From positions 217,372,001 to 217,436,000 of the forward strand of contig OZ024743.1 in assembly GCA_964016885.1 (NCBI GenBank): 64,000 nt of DNA, given 5' to 3'. Source of the DNA: Eledone cirrhosa (lineage: Eukaryota). The notes below the pieces were generated by a model, which ran no database searches, was not told the DNA's origin, and saw only the letters and a list, made by a program, of their open reading frames with translations. Below, one piece after another: positions 39,900 to 54,393 of the stretch (position 1 is its first letter; every line of letters starts with the position of its first letter). A program made the position numbers and the translations under genes.

Positions 39900-40760
39900 T
39901 AAAGTATGTCCATAGAATCATTTGATAATATATATACACCATTTCCTCTCCCAATTAGCATAATTAACCACATAAAAAATCAATTAGACCAGGCTATAAG
40001 ATTAATGTCTCCTATGAATAAATATTTGATAAATAAACGACAGCAGCCTCTTCGCGGCCGACCGCAATAGAATATTTACCCAACATTTCAACAGCATGTA
40101 GAAATCGACTAGATATACCGTCAACCATACAGAATTAGATATAAAATTAAAGTTAGAAGAAATGCGAACACTCTTACCATGATTATGTCTCTACCCTCCG
40201 GTTTGCGTTCTCGTTTTGAGATATCCCATTAAGGATAAAATCTCGAGTTTCGAACTCGTCAGGACACAAACACATAGGACAGGTAATTTTCCAAAGCGAT
40301 CCCCGCCAGAAACAGATTCAAAATGGCTAAGAATCGTGACGTGGCAGTGGTCAAGTTAGAAAGAATGTGATTGGTTGCTTATGGCGAGTGGGCTGGTTGC
40401 TAGAAAGCGCAGCCCAATATTGCCCAAATTGCATCTCAACATAATGGGTGATTATTACATATAAAGATTTACATATACACAAACTAAACAAAGTCACAGA
40501 TATATATGTGGCAACCGTTCACGATGTGGCTCAATGAAGAATTAATAAATTAAATAATCAGAGCAATATATCTTAAAGTATGTCCATAGAATCATTTGAT
40601 AAAATATATACACTATTTCCTCTCCCAATTAGCATAATTAACCACATAAAAAATCAATTAGACCAGGCTATAAGAATAAAGGCTCGTATGAAGAAATATT
40701 TGATAAATAAACGACAGCAGCCCCTTCGCGGCCGACCGCAATGGAATATTTACCCAACAT
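39900..40760. mobile_element. Small element bounded by 187-bp direct repeats (39900-40086, 40574-40760)
   Basis: Diverged direct repeats with period 674 and a non-coding interior; the left end abuts (TA)n. Confidence 0.7.
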
Positions 40761-40802
40761 ATATATCTGGGATTTTGTTTAATTTGTGTATATGTAAATT
40801 TG

Positions 40803-40834
<32 letters not shown>

Positions 40835-40933
40835 CATACATACATACATACATGCATACATACATACATACATACATACATACATACATACATACATACA
40901 TACATACATACATACATACATACATACATACAT

Positions 40934-41533
40934 GGTGGCTGCCAACTCGTTTTCGAGTAAGGCCACTACTTTATATCCATGTAGGAGAACCCCTACCGAT
41001 GCACTGAACGAGTGTGACTTTTTAGTCCAGCCAGCGACTTGAAAACTCTGGTACAAACACTACACTTGTGACAATTATTGACACAGTGCTAGGCCCATGG
41101 TACCATATGACGACAAGTGCAGAGAGATCTCCAGATATATAGCAATGCCTGTGCCGTGAAGCTTTTATAGTGAGCAAAGGCACTACACAAAGCCAGTCCC
41201 ACTCTCTTAACCAAGATGATATTTACCAAAAAGAAGAACAAGTCAACATCAATGGATACCATCAGGGTTGCAGGTGTTATATCAGAGTTTTCCGTCTCCT
41301 AGTATTCTGCCTTGACAAAGGCTAACGGGTCATCTCTCCCGGTGATATTGGATGTCCATTAACGCTTAAGAGCTCCTTTGCCCTTTGACAGGTTTTGTTT
41401 TTAGTCCTGCAGGATGTCCAAAGTCACCCTCCTCACCAAGAAACCTGGTGTTGCCAGTTTACTCGCCAACGACCCGACCATGAGACAGGTTGTACTGGAA
41501 TACATGTTACCGGTAGCACCAACTGGTGACCTG
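40934..41533 (-). mobile_element. ~600-bp non-autonomous RTE-like element with (TATG)n tail
   Basis: Near-identical to 41558-42150 and 26767-27020. The minus strand contains CTAGGAGA.GGAAAACTCTGA, recalled from RTE 5' UTRs; no ORF. Confidence 0.65.
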
Positions 41534-41557
41534 ACATACATACATACATACATACAT

Positions 41558-42269
<712 letters not shown>

Positions 42270-42492
42270 ATACACATTTTAGTACAACGTTAACGACGCT
42301 TTAGTTTGCGGCCAAGATAACGAATGGAAATTCGGTATGTAGCTTTAGCACTCGGATGGGGATAGTACCCCAGAGTAATAACAATACGTTTAGACAGCTT
42401 AGCAAATAAAATATAGCGATCGGCAGACCAGCCGCATTACCGCAGCAACGAAAATACAGGACTCAGGAAAATATATATATATATAGATATAC

Positions 42493-42583
<91 letters not shown>

Positions 42584-42694
42584 TACATATATATGTATAT
42601 GTAGGTATGCATGTATAACTTTATCCCGGGTTCAATCGGGAGGGGGGGGGGGTAACCACAGTAAATAAGGTACTCAATATGTAGCAGAGCATAA

Positions 42695-42798
42695 ATATTT
42701 AATATAGAAATGGCTTCTACAGGACTAGAACTGCTTCATTCGGGAGAAATCATCTCCTAGATGAAACAGTTCTAACTCTGTAGAAGTCATTTCTATAT

Positions 42799-42858
<60 letters not shown>

Positions 42859-42900
42859 TTTAATATAGAAATGACTTCTACAGGGTTAGAACTGTTTCAT
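42695..42900. repeat. Three alternating-orientation copies of a ~45-bp element tail around a TA tract (relative at 6751-6810)
   Basis: ATGAAACAGTTCTA..CTGTAGAAG.CATTTCTATATTAAAT occurs in -, +, - orientation. The relative at 6751 reads TGATGA TTTC TTTC GAAT GAAA CAGTTCTAG (HHR-like). Confidence 0.75.
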
Positions 42901-43375
42901 TTAATATAGAATATAGAGAATTTTAATATAGAATGTATACAAAGAGAGAGAGATTGAAAGACGTAGAAATAGAAGTGTCAGATGACATATGTCTAAACAT
43001 GGAAAGAGAAAAGATTATTTCTAAATGTCAGAAGTGAACAATGATCCATAAGGAAACCAATCAGCAACAAAAAAAAACAAATGAATATTTGGAATATAAA
43101 AAAAAACAAAAACAAAAAATAAAACATCACTGGCATGCAATATGATTTATATTTCTTGGAATGCGTCGAATGTGATTTGGATTTAAATTTTAATTCATGT
43201 AAGCACCATAATAATATTTAATGTGTGCTTGTGTGTGTTTGATTTCGTATGTATATCTATCACTATTCCTCTCTTCCTTAATTCCCTCTCTATGACTTCT
43301 CTCTTCCACTTCCAATTCTCTCTTGCTTTCTCTATATATGCATATATACGTTTATACGTATAAATAGATGTAGGA

Positions 43376-43430
<55 letters not shown>

Positions 43431-43552
43431 TATATATATAAATATATATGTATGTATGAGTATATAAATATATGTATATATATGTATGTATGTATGTGTG
43501 TGGGAGTGTGTATGTATATATATGTATATATACATACACACACACACACGCA

Positions 43553-43650
<98 letters not shown>

Positions 43651-43955
43651 ATAAATATACGTACATCTGAATATAATATATTGAGGATTCTGGGTTCACA
43701 CTGGTGTGAAATGCAATTAGACGAACAAAGTACAGAATACCGTTGAGATGAGTGGAATACCATTATTTTCTCAAAGCAATCTAGATTTGAATGAATATAT
43801 GTTCATCAGTATGCATGAGTATATGAATATGTACGTATATGTATGTACATTTGTATACACACACCCCCATAAATATATGTGTGTGTGTCCGTGTGTGTAT
43901 GTGTGTGTGTTTGTATACGTACACACACTATATATGAATGCATATACACATATAT

Positions 43956-44012
<57 letters not shown>

Positions 44013-44436
44013 GGTGTGTGTGCATATATAAATATGTATATGCAGTTGCCTCCATGTCTCGTGGCTATATTTGTGTCCTGGAGTTTTCTCTGCGTGTGTG
44101 AATATTCGACTCTTAAAATAATAATATATAACAACACATGGAAACTAATATCATAGTCCGTATAAGAATTGAAAGCGAGAGGAAATAGATATATGATCTC
44201 GTAAATAAATGTAGAAAAATGTTTCAGTTTTCTTTTTTTATATAATAGAGCAGATCGTTTATGTTGGCTAATATATATATACATTGTGATATATTCGACT
44301 TGTAAGATGCAATCTTATGCACTATACATAAACATGATGTTTTTAAAATAGTCTGTCACATATACTACTCTCTCTGTTTGCTGTATTGCACATACAATCA
44401 AGCTTATAGGCTAACATCTTAAAGCCGATATCTTAG

Positions 44437-44565
44437 GTCGCCCGTCGAAACGGCTTGAGCTCTGCCGTCGAGGTTAAACATGTTCCTATTACCCACTCTA
44501 CTACCCTAAGTATTGAGTACTCTGGTGCGTTATGGTCCATCAGGTTCCTTACCACCCTTCCTTTG

Positions 44566-44570
<5 letters not shown>
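44437..44570 (+). mobile_element. Truncated copy of HHR-tail family
   Basis: GTCGAAACGGCTTGAGCTCTGCCGTCG...TTCCTATTACCCACTCTACTACCCTAAG, as at 51800; ends at (TA)n. Confidence 0.8.
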
Positions 44571-44600
<30 letters not shown>

Positions 44601-45284
44601 AATAGGAACGCTAATTATATGCAACTTAGTACGTCCATTCCAGAATACTTCTATGAACAAAACCTCACAAAATATCCGTACTTGGGTTTGTTTAGATATA
44701 CATGCCTTTTCCTCAATTTACAAGAACATTCATATTTCCTGCTAGTTTTACATGTCTACAGATTAAAATGCTTATATTTACATACACTTTGTCGCAGATG
44801 TAGTTATCCACATTGCATGTATTTTTTTTGTGCGTGTGTGTGTGTGGGGGGGGGGGGGGGGGGGTGTTAGTGTGTGTGTAGGTTTGCGCTTATTTCTCGT
44901 AGCTTAGGGCCTCACTGAAAAGGAGTTCAATAATGTCAGTACCAGGCTTGATAAATAATACATGGCATTGTGAAAATCATTTAATAAATCTAGGTATTGT
45001 TCCAGAAGGCCAGCCCTGTAGTAAAACAATAAATGTATACATAAACGTACACGTGTTTGTGATGAGCTACACTTCTTCCATATACTTCATATGGAAAAGT
45101 TGACATCACCATAGTATGGTCCATAACGTCTGATGGTGACACACAAAGTAACACACTACGTTTCTTGGGTATTTTAATCCTGATGGAATCCATCTCATCT
45201 CCAAAGCTGACTACAGCAGATTTCTTTCAGTGAAGGATAGAAAGTGATGGACTGGAAGTAACATCTGATATAGAGGAAGAATCG

Positions 45285-45440
45285 ATCCTAGTACTTTATT
45301 GGTACTTACTTTATCAACCTCGAATGGATGAAAGGCAAAGTTAACCTCGGCCGGATTTGAACTTAGAGAGCAGAGAGCCGGGCTGAATACCGCAAAGCAT
45401 TCTATCCAACCTTCTAACGGATCTGTAAATTCACCGCCTC
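45285..45440 (-). mobile_element. SINE family A-related (older)
   Basis: TGAAAGGCAAAGTTAACCTCGGC...GATTTGAACT. Other degenerate fragments lie at ~6500, 9027, 17880, 28470, 39143, 39600, 51140, 55170 and 55960. Confidence 0.75.
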
Positions 45441-46240
45441 CGACATCACTGTAGCGAGTATGAAATATTTTTGATTTTTTTTTTCCTTTATTACAAATGT
45501 AATATTTTATGGTATCACTATCGTTTGACGTTTCGTCGTGTCTAATGTTGAACAGTCTTTCTGAAGACTTAGCTGAGATTTATGTATCCGTCCTTGTCTT
45601 CCTGTTTTGAATACATTGTGTGTTCTGATTGGTACTGCTTGACGTTAATTTCTCTATAAGCAACGCTTATTAAATGTCATTTGCAATTCTGAGACTATGA
45701 TCAAGTTCCAGCTGTCATCTCCTGTCCGCTGTCTTTTATTTATAACAAGATTACTTCTTTGAATCACGACCATGGCTACAATTTTCTTGTACAATGTTTG
45801 TTGGATTTTGATGTTATTTTCTAGTGAATAATTTTCTGCATTTCTGAAATATATTGTGTTTGTTGTTTATGATAATATATCTTCTGACAGAATGTTAACA
45901 AACGTACAGCTATATTGCTTTAAACAAGATTTCAGCATTACAGTGCCTCTGTCGCCTACAGACACAAATATGGACAAGAATACATAAAGAAATATGTATA
46001 TTTTCTTTTAACAAAAATGTTTATACAAAGCTGCCTTAAACCACTGTACCAAATTCGGTATGTAAATAAAATATTATAACAATGATTCGTCTCATGTTTG
46101 CCGAAGTATACTCCGGATAGTAAGTGGTTGGGCACAGTATTTAATCACATATTTTCTTATTCTTTATTGTAATTACTCTTATATTATTGCCTCCTTATTT
46201 ATTTACTTTTTACTAATCTGCTGTTTATTTCTATTTTCAG

Positions 46241-47482
46241 GCTGGATCGAAAGATGCGATATCGGAAGTACAGCTACCTAAAGATGAAGTAATTGCCAAT
46301 ACCGCTACTCTAAGCAGAGAGAACAACTCCTATGACAGCTTAAACCACGTGTACAAGGATGCACGCCTGCATCGCCACCAACATACACATCGATCTGGTG
46401 GGAAAGCAAGTGGTCATCCTTTACCCGTTAGTGCTAGCTTTTCAAGCTACAAGAAGCTGTCTGAGGAGACTCCCTCCCCTAAGAGCACGTCCCCAACGTC
46501 AGGCTGTACTGTCAATGATTCAGTGTTTGATGACCGATCGCAGCGTCACGACTCCAGCACACCCATCAGTGGTGCAACAGAACCCGGCGGAAAGCTTCCA
46601 GTTAATGTCATAGAAAACTACTACTACTACCCAGGTAGTATACCAGGGTCCGATAGCAGTGCGCCCGAAGGCGGCGGTGTATATTTCGATGATGATAGTG
46701 CCGAAGATGAGCTGCAACATCCTCACAGAGAGATGATATACGGTGAGGGACCTCGAATGAGAAATGAAAGTATCCAAGTGGGTGCAAGCAGTACTCTAGC
46801 TATGAAGGGTCCGAACCATCATTACGGTCGTGACCCCGAGGATAGCGAGATTCACTGTAACAGCTATGGTGTGTACGAAGATCTAGACCAACCACGACCG
46901 TATGACTGGGATGACGAAGACAATATGCGCCACGGCTACGCACAAACTGCTTCTGACACACCTGAAGTAAGCTACTGCTATGGTAGAGGAGTACGACAAA
47001 ACGACAGATTCCGACATAGGCCTCAAACTATAGCCAGGTCCCGTAGGAACGTGTATGAGTACCCTGACATGGACCACAGGGAATTGCCACCACTTCCTCC
47101 GCCTCCACCACCGACTTTTATGCCACGGCTAGGTACAGTAGTGACGCCTTCAAAAAGTCATTACCATCATTATCATTATCCGTCGCGCCAATCGTTGGAA
47201 GATGACGGCGAGAGAACACTGTATGTGCGCCGACACCCCCATCACACGCCTGAAAGTATCATGTTGAGAGGCCTGCCGCCGACTCCAAGGAACCATTACG
47301 AATACCCCGGAGTCGATGTCGATTGTCGTGGATTGACGCTACCACCTCCACCACCGCCTCCGCCACCACCACCCCCGCCTCCAACTGGAAATTCGCGGCA
47401 ACAAAATAGTCGACGGCCATCGCTTATGAAGTTGCTTTGCCTTGTATCTTCCACGCCACCAAACAAAAATGTAACCGATTGA
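46241..47482 (+). CDS. Terminal coding exon (413 aa + stop) of an unidentified host gene; disordered Ser/Asp/Tyr/Pro-rich signalling-type tail
   Basis: Branch point TACTAAT (46211-46217), polypyrimidine tract and TTTTCAG acceptor ending at 46240. The phase-0 frame AGSKDAISEVQLPKDEV... runs into the 377-aa track ORF and ends at TGA 47480-47482. The segment is GC-richer than its flanks and followed by AT-rich 3'UTR-like sequence (AATAAA at ~48123). Product family not recognised. Confidence 0.85.
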   Translation, partial: AGSKDAISEVQLPKDEVIANTATLSRENNSYDSLNHVYKDARLHRHQHTHRSGGKASGHPLPVSASFSSYKKLSEETPSPKSTSPTSGCTVNDSVFDDRSQRHDSSTPISGATEPGGKLPVNVIENYYYYPGSIPGSDSSAPEGGGVYFDDDSAEDELQHPHREMIYGEGPRMRNESIQVGASSTLAMKGPNHHYGRDPEDSEIHCNSYGVYEDLDQPRPYDWDDEDNMRHGYAQTASDTPEVSYCYGRGVRQNDRFRHRPQTIARSRRNVYEYPDMDHRELPPLPPPPPPTFMPRLGTVVTPSKSHYHHYHYPSRQSLEDDGERTLYVRRHPHHTPESIMLRGLPPTPRNHYEYPGVDVDCRGLTLPPPPPPPPPPPPPPTGNSRQQNSRRPSLMKLLCLVSSTPPNKNVTD

Positions 47483-49628
47483 CATGTCACAGTAAACCAC
47501 CTCTCATGCCACCTAAAGTACCGAATAATTGGTCTGTTTTATATAGAATATCAAAGTAATTGAAAATATAACAAAAATCGGCGTTACACTTAGAGCCTTG
47601 TTATATACAAAAATGCTGCTATTTACAGCACCATAAAAAGAGGTTGGGATAGAGATTGAGCGAAAGAGAAAGAGGCAGAAAAATATCAAACGAGAGGAAG
47701 AGAGTGGTGCATGGGTGTGCGTGTGTAGAAAGAGTAAATAGAAATAACGTGAGAAAACATTGAATATAAAGAAAATAAAAAAAAGACGGAGTAAAAGAAA
47801 ATGAGGACGAGAGAAATCGAATGTGCGTATGTGAGTATGTGCAAAAGAAAAAGAGAGGAAAATGAAAAGAGAAAACGAGAAGAGAGATTGTACACTCAAT
47901 CTAAGAAGTACAGTAAGTCAGAGAAAATGGTGACACCAGCTAATAATAGCCTTCTTATTATCTTTTCAATCACAGCGTTGCAAACTAATGAAAGAGCACC
48001 ACCAACAATGACACAAAACACATTCACTACAAATATTTCTATCACCCGCCAACCAACACTAATACCTCGTTTAATGACAACAACCACCTCAAAAAACAAT
48101 CAAACAGTAACATATATAAACTAATAAAAGAGGTAATTTATAACTATTTTATTAAACAATCCGTTTTAAGTATCAACATGATTACTGCATAAATGAATGA
48201 ATCATAAATTTAACTTATTGATTTATAGGTCAGTGGTTTTGATTGTTTAATGTATCATTAAAAGCACCAACATGACGTGGAGTGAGAAACATGGTAACAC
48301 CCAGAGAAAATATTATTATCATTTACGTTAATGAATAGGATATTGTTTAGAAAGTTTGAATTGTAATGAATTAGATTCAAATGATGTTTATGATAATTCG
48401 GATCATGTTGAACTAATGGTGATTATGGTTAGAATAAAAATGACGAAAAACACATGATTGGGGGAAATAAATAGCGATATAATTCAATTATAACTTTCAT
48501 ATTATTAGAATAATAAAATTAATATTACAAATAATATTGTACACTATAAGTGCCCAAGGCTTAAATCGTTATGCTCAGTTGTGCAGTGAAGCTCATGCAA
48601 TAAAAATAATAATAATATTAGGTATAACAATATTAAAGAGAAAACAAATGATAGCATTATAAATGAAAGAATATATTAACAAATACATAAAACCTATAAC
48701 AAAATAAATAAAAAGTGCTGAAATAAGACGTAGAACATAATTGAGTGTGTTGTAATATTTAAAAGACGTAGAATTAGAAATGAAGTCTTGGTTTTCTAAT
48801 AATGTTGGAATGAGCAAATGTCTTTTGGATAAATGAAGATTATGACAAGGGTATGAGAAAGCTGCAAGCTTCAAGTTAACAACATATTCTGTAGGCATGT
48901 AATGATGTTATCGACATAGTCACTGAAATAAGGCTAGTCATATTCCAAACAGAGATTTGTAGCTAATTAACAGAAACAATATCTGAATATGAAGAACCTA
49001 GTAACAGTATAATTAACGTCTGAATCTCGCAAATACTATATATGGCTTCGAGAAAACAGGATGCGTTTTCAATCACAATTTTATTTTTCTCATGGCTTAG
49101 TCAGAGAATGAAATGCATTGCAGATGACCTTTTCTTTGTAGGGTGATTGAGGTTGGTTGGGAAACCGTCGTTGCTACTGCATGAAAAGATATGGACATTT
49201 CTTCAGACCGGAGATCATGTCCGAATACTTGTGGAATCAATTTAAATTACTTAAGGGATATGAGATGATGTTAAACTGGGTGAAGTATAACACACATTCA
49301 TTGTCAATCAGATGGGCTTGCACCGATTTTAAGTCGAAACATTTCAACTATATAACTTGGCTCGACAATTGGTAATGTTGTACGGTTCACTCAAAGAGGC
49401 GTAAAAATAAAAGAAATGCATCACTAATTCCTTTACTGTGAAGAATGGGAATAAAACAATTTAGAAATAAAATACAATGAAATATAATTGCTATCAAAGA
49501 ATTTAGATTTGTTTGCGTTTTATAAATCGGATGAACTGGTTCTTCATTTCTGTGGCTATTTTAGAAATTACAAATAAAATAATTATGCAGAAAATAAACA
49601 GGAAATATTAATAATAATAACATAATAA

Positions 49629-49694
<66 letters not shown>

Positions 49695-51537
49695 GGATTT
49701 ATTCAGATATAGTAATAAACTGAATCTCGTTGTGGAAAACTAAACAATTCTTTATAATTTTAGATGCTTTGTAAATGATTAAATAAAACACTCCAAGACT
49801 TATGATTATATACACTATACAAGAAGTAGCACTACTAAACACTGCATACATATTATTAAGAATGCTCTCAATATAATAGAAATAACTCATTCAAAAACGA
49901 CACTGCACATATCCATCTCACTAAGGGCTGGTTCACAAAGGGCTGCCCCTCTCCTTTCTTTATCAACCAGCCTACAAGCACATGGTCAGCGTAAGCCCAT
50001 TCAAACTGGCCTTCCTCGCTACATTGACCAACCTTTTAACAGCACTTCCCTCTCCACAAACGCCTTCCTTTCCTAGTTGATGAGGGTTTGGTCGAAGAAA
50101 AAAATGTCTGTCTTCACTCCTGTCCGCTGCGTCCACCACACAACCTCTTTATCTACAGTCACCAGGCAAATAATAACGATAATAATAATGAAAGTGCGCA
50201 ACAAAAATATAACTACTCCCAAAATAATATTAGGAATCTCGTTTAATTTAAAAAATTTAATAAAGATACATAGCCAAATCAAAATGGAATTCGGAATATG
50301 CATATCAAAAGCAAATCACAAGAGCTATGCGTTCGTTTGGGCAGTAAAGGCTTGTACCAAACATATGACTACTGAAATAATAATGGATTTATCAGTCACC
50401 ACATACGAAAATAAGACTCTCCATAAATAGAGAAGATATCTCAATATAAAGATATAGAAATAGAAATAACCCGAAAGTGTATAATGAAAACAGAAACAAT
50501 CTCTATAATAGTATGTTATCCGGGAATGAGAAAATTAAACACATAGATGTATAAACAAACACCAGTAGTTAAAGATATATACAATATACAGAACATTACA
50601 ATACTAGCAAAACCTTTGAATGGAGGGAGATTTTTCTCCCAAATTTGGTGACTTTTCCTAAAATTTACCCAGTTAAATGCTCACATAATTGATTTTGAAA
50701 ACGTTTTCCCGTTGCCATGGAAATAATAAGAGTTGAACAAGGGGTATAAAAGGATGATGTTTCTTACATGTTTCCTGTTACAAAAATTGATTATACAGAA
50801 CTTGTAACCAAAATAATACCACCAAACATTACCAATCGAATGTACATCATCCAAAAGATGATGAGACCAGCAACATTTTTGTAATTCAGCAATGTTTGCT
50901 TATCAAAGTTCTATATTTGTGCGATGTTTCATTGCCATAGCATCAATGGTTCAGGGGAAAAACAGAGGACGGTGACTCATAGAGCGCCCCGTCCCAAGCT
51001 TGTGGAGACTTTAAAATGCCTCGGTATTAGAGGGTTAAATACAATAGACTGAACTCAAAGGACTGAACTCTGCTAAGTAAGGCATTAACTGCACGCAATA
51101 ATAATAATAAAAATAATAATAATAGAAGTAATTATAATAATAATGGTTTCTGATTTAGGCAAAGGCCAGCAATTTACAGAGGGTGGGGGAAAGAAATTCG
51201 ATAAAATGGATCCAGTGTGTTACTGGTACATTATTTTCTCTACACTGTAAGGATAACAAATAATAATGATACCAACAACAACAGCAACAAAGGTGGTGAT
51301 GTTTATGAAATGAAAGCGACAATCATATATTTCCCTAGAACAAGAAAGAAAGATATCGAGAAAGAAGGTCGAAATTCGAATCTGGTTTCCAAATACAGAA
51401 CTCACCCTAATAATTTCTCCAACGACCATAACAAAAGTATCCACAATTGACGATTATAATAATAGCAATAGTATTGTACAGTAAATTACCAACACCGACT
51501 GTTAACAAAATAATGAAACAATGACATTTTGTGATGG

Positions 51538-51630
<93 letters not shown>

Positions 51631-51649
51631 TATATGTATGCATTTATGA

Positions 51650-51683
<34 letters not shown>

Positions 51684-51731
51684 GTCTGTGTATATATATG
51701 TGTTTATACATGTATATAAATAAATAAATAT

Positions 51732-51930
51732 ATAGGAAAATGTTCAAGACCTCGACGGCAGAGCTCAAGCCATTTCGACGGCTATTTCCGGAAATATTCG
51801 TCGAAACGGCTTGAGCTCTGCCGTCGGGGTCTTCAACATTTTCCTATTACCCACTCTACAACCCTAAGTATTGAGTACTCTGGTACGTTATGGCCCACCT
51901 GGTTTCTTACCTGGTTCCTTACCTTCGTTA
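51732..51930 (+). mobile_element. Short HHR-tail copy with 116-bp terminal palindrome
   Basis: 51732-51847 is palindromic about TTTCC|GGAAA (51789/51790); the tail continues to ~51930 into (TA)n. Confidence 0.8.
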
Positions 51931-51931
51931 C

Positions 51932-51968
<37 letters not shown>

Positions 51969-51969
51969 T

Positions 51970-52012
<43 letters not shown>

Positions 52013-53009
52013 TACATACATATATCTATCCATATATATAGATATTCTAGCATATATAATTATGTGTCAGTTGCATTAAAATCAAGAACATATAGAAGGT
52101 AACTTTTTAAACTTAAATAGCATTCAACAACATTGCAATCACCTCTTATATACAAGAACAAACAACACACAACATTGGAATGAAACACGATGACCTGAAG
52201 AAAAAGTAAAACGCTATAATTTGCTTCGCTTACAATGTATGATATACTGGTGGGCCCGAGACAAATTGCTTTAGCTTAACCTTATATTAATCTATACGAG
52301 CAAATTCGCAGTTAATGAATAAACGTAAACACGAAAAATTAAAAAGGATCTCAAAAACGTTAATTCACTGACCCAACTCCAGGTCTACTGCCATATCTCA
52401 TTTTGATTATCGGCCTTATATCGGTAGCTTGTGACACAATATTTTCGGAAAATAATGTTGTTTTTTTTTGTTTTTTTTTTCGATAGTTTGACTCATAGTT
52501 GAAAAATGGAGAAGCAGTTTAAATTCTAGTTTCACTTAATTAAAATCACATAAAAGCATTTGCACAGAGGAGGAATTTTAGACTATTATTTGGCCTTGCA
52601 TCAAGAAAAAAGAGGCCGAAAGGATACGAATAATGTACACTTGAATTTAGATTTTCCAAAATTATTACATTTTTGATATAAGTGTTATATTTTAATATTT
52701 TTTCTATAAATAAATTGAATAAATTTGAAAATTATTATAGAAAACTATAAATAAGGATAGTACGAATTTTATGTCATTGACTTGTACTCAAAGTATTCTC
52801 TGTACATGAAATAATCTATCTATCGTATGTGTGTGTATACACACATATTATATGTTCAATTATGTACATATATATATACATATATATATATATATGTGTG
52901 TGTATGTATGTATAGGTATATATGTATATGTATATATATATATACATATACATATATATATATATAAATATATATATATAAATATATATATATATACACA
53001 CACATATAT

Positions 53010-53091
<82 letters not shown>

Positions 53092-53364
53092 TTCTATAAA
53101 GGTCGATAGAGTAGCCCATAATGTCAGATTTATAAATACTATGGAGATTAAGGTAGACTTGGAATATTAAAATAATTAATTCATAGGGATAATAGCCAAA
53201 ATATTCTAAATAATTATTCACGTTAAGTCTTGAACTAATTTCAAAATAGACAGGAGATTTAATGATAAACTATTTATTGTTTTTCTATCAATGTACGATT
53301 ATTGCTTTGTTCGAAAAAATTTAGGTAATATACTTGTATAAATGTATATATAAATATATGTATA

Positions 53365-53454
<90 letters not shown>

Positions 53455-53643
53455 TATATGTATGTGTGTGTACATGTGTGTGTATATACATGTATGTGTA
53501 TAAGTATTACATATATATATATGTATATATATCTATATATCCATACATAAATATATTTACATATATACACATATACATACATATATATATATATTTATAT
53601 ATACATGCACTTTTTATTATATTCATTATATACGTATATACGC

Positions 53644-53701
<58 letters not shown>

Positions 53702-53866
53702 ATATTCTTATATTTCTATTTTTTCAATTTCATATATTTTCTCTGTTATTATAAAACGAATACTATTAATAGTAATAAGTATTCTTCATAACCCATTACC
53801 AATTTATTAATAGTAATATCATTAATATCACTACCATTATTGCTGTTGTTGTTGTTATTATTATTA

Positions 53867-53918
<52 letters not shown>

Positions 53919-54336
53919 CATTATTATTATCGTCGTCATCACCTTCATCATCATCATCATCATCATCTTCATCATCATCATCATTATTAGAAATAGTATT
54001 ACTCTAAGACGCACTATCAAAATCATTTAATCACAAATCATTACAACGCTGGCTTGATAAACTTTCTTATTTTTGCTCGCTATCGTTGCTGAGAGGCTTG
54101 CTTGTTGATTTTTTTCCCGTGGAGCATTCAAAACATAAAAATGGTGGGCGTCGATTTTTTTGCTGTGTGATGATTTCAGCTATGGAGATTTATATGAAAT
54201 GAACATTGCACTTGCACTTATGTGATATGTATATACGTATGCATTTATGTATATATGTTTATGTGTGTTTAACATAACCGACTTTATATTTGTCTATATA
54301 TGTGTATGAGTATCTTCATTTATATACATACATATG

Positions 54337-54393
<57 letters not shown>

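Noticed and set aside
50610-51038. piggyBac-like end (AGAGGG-TTAA)
   Set aside because: Only one plausible terminus.
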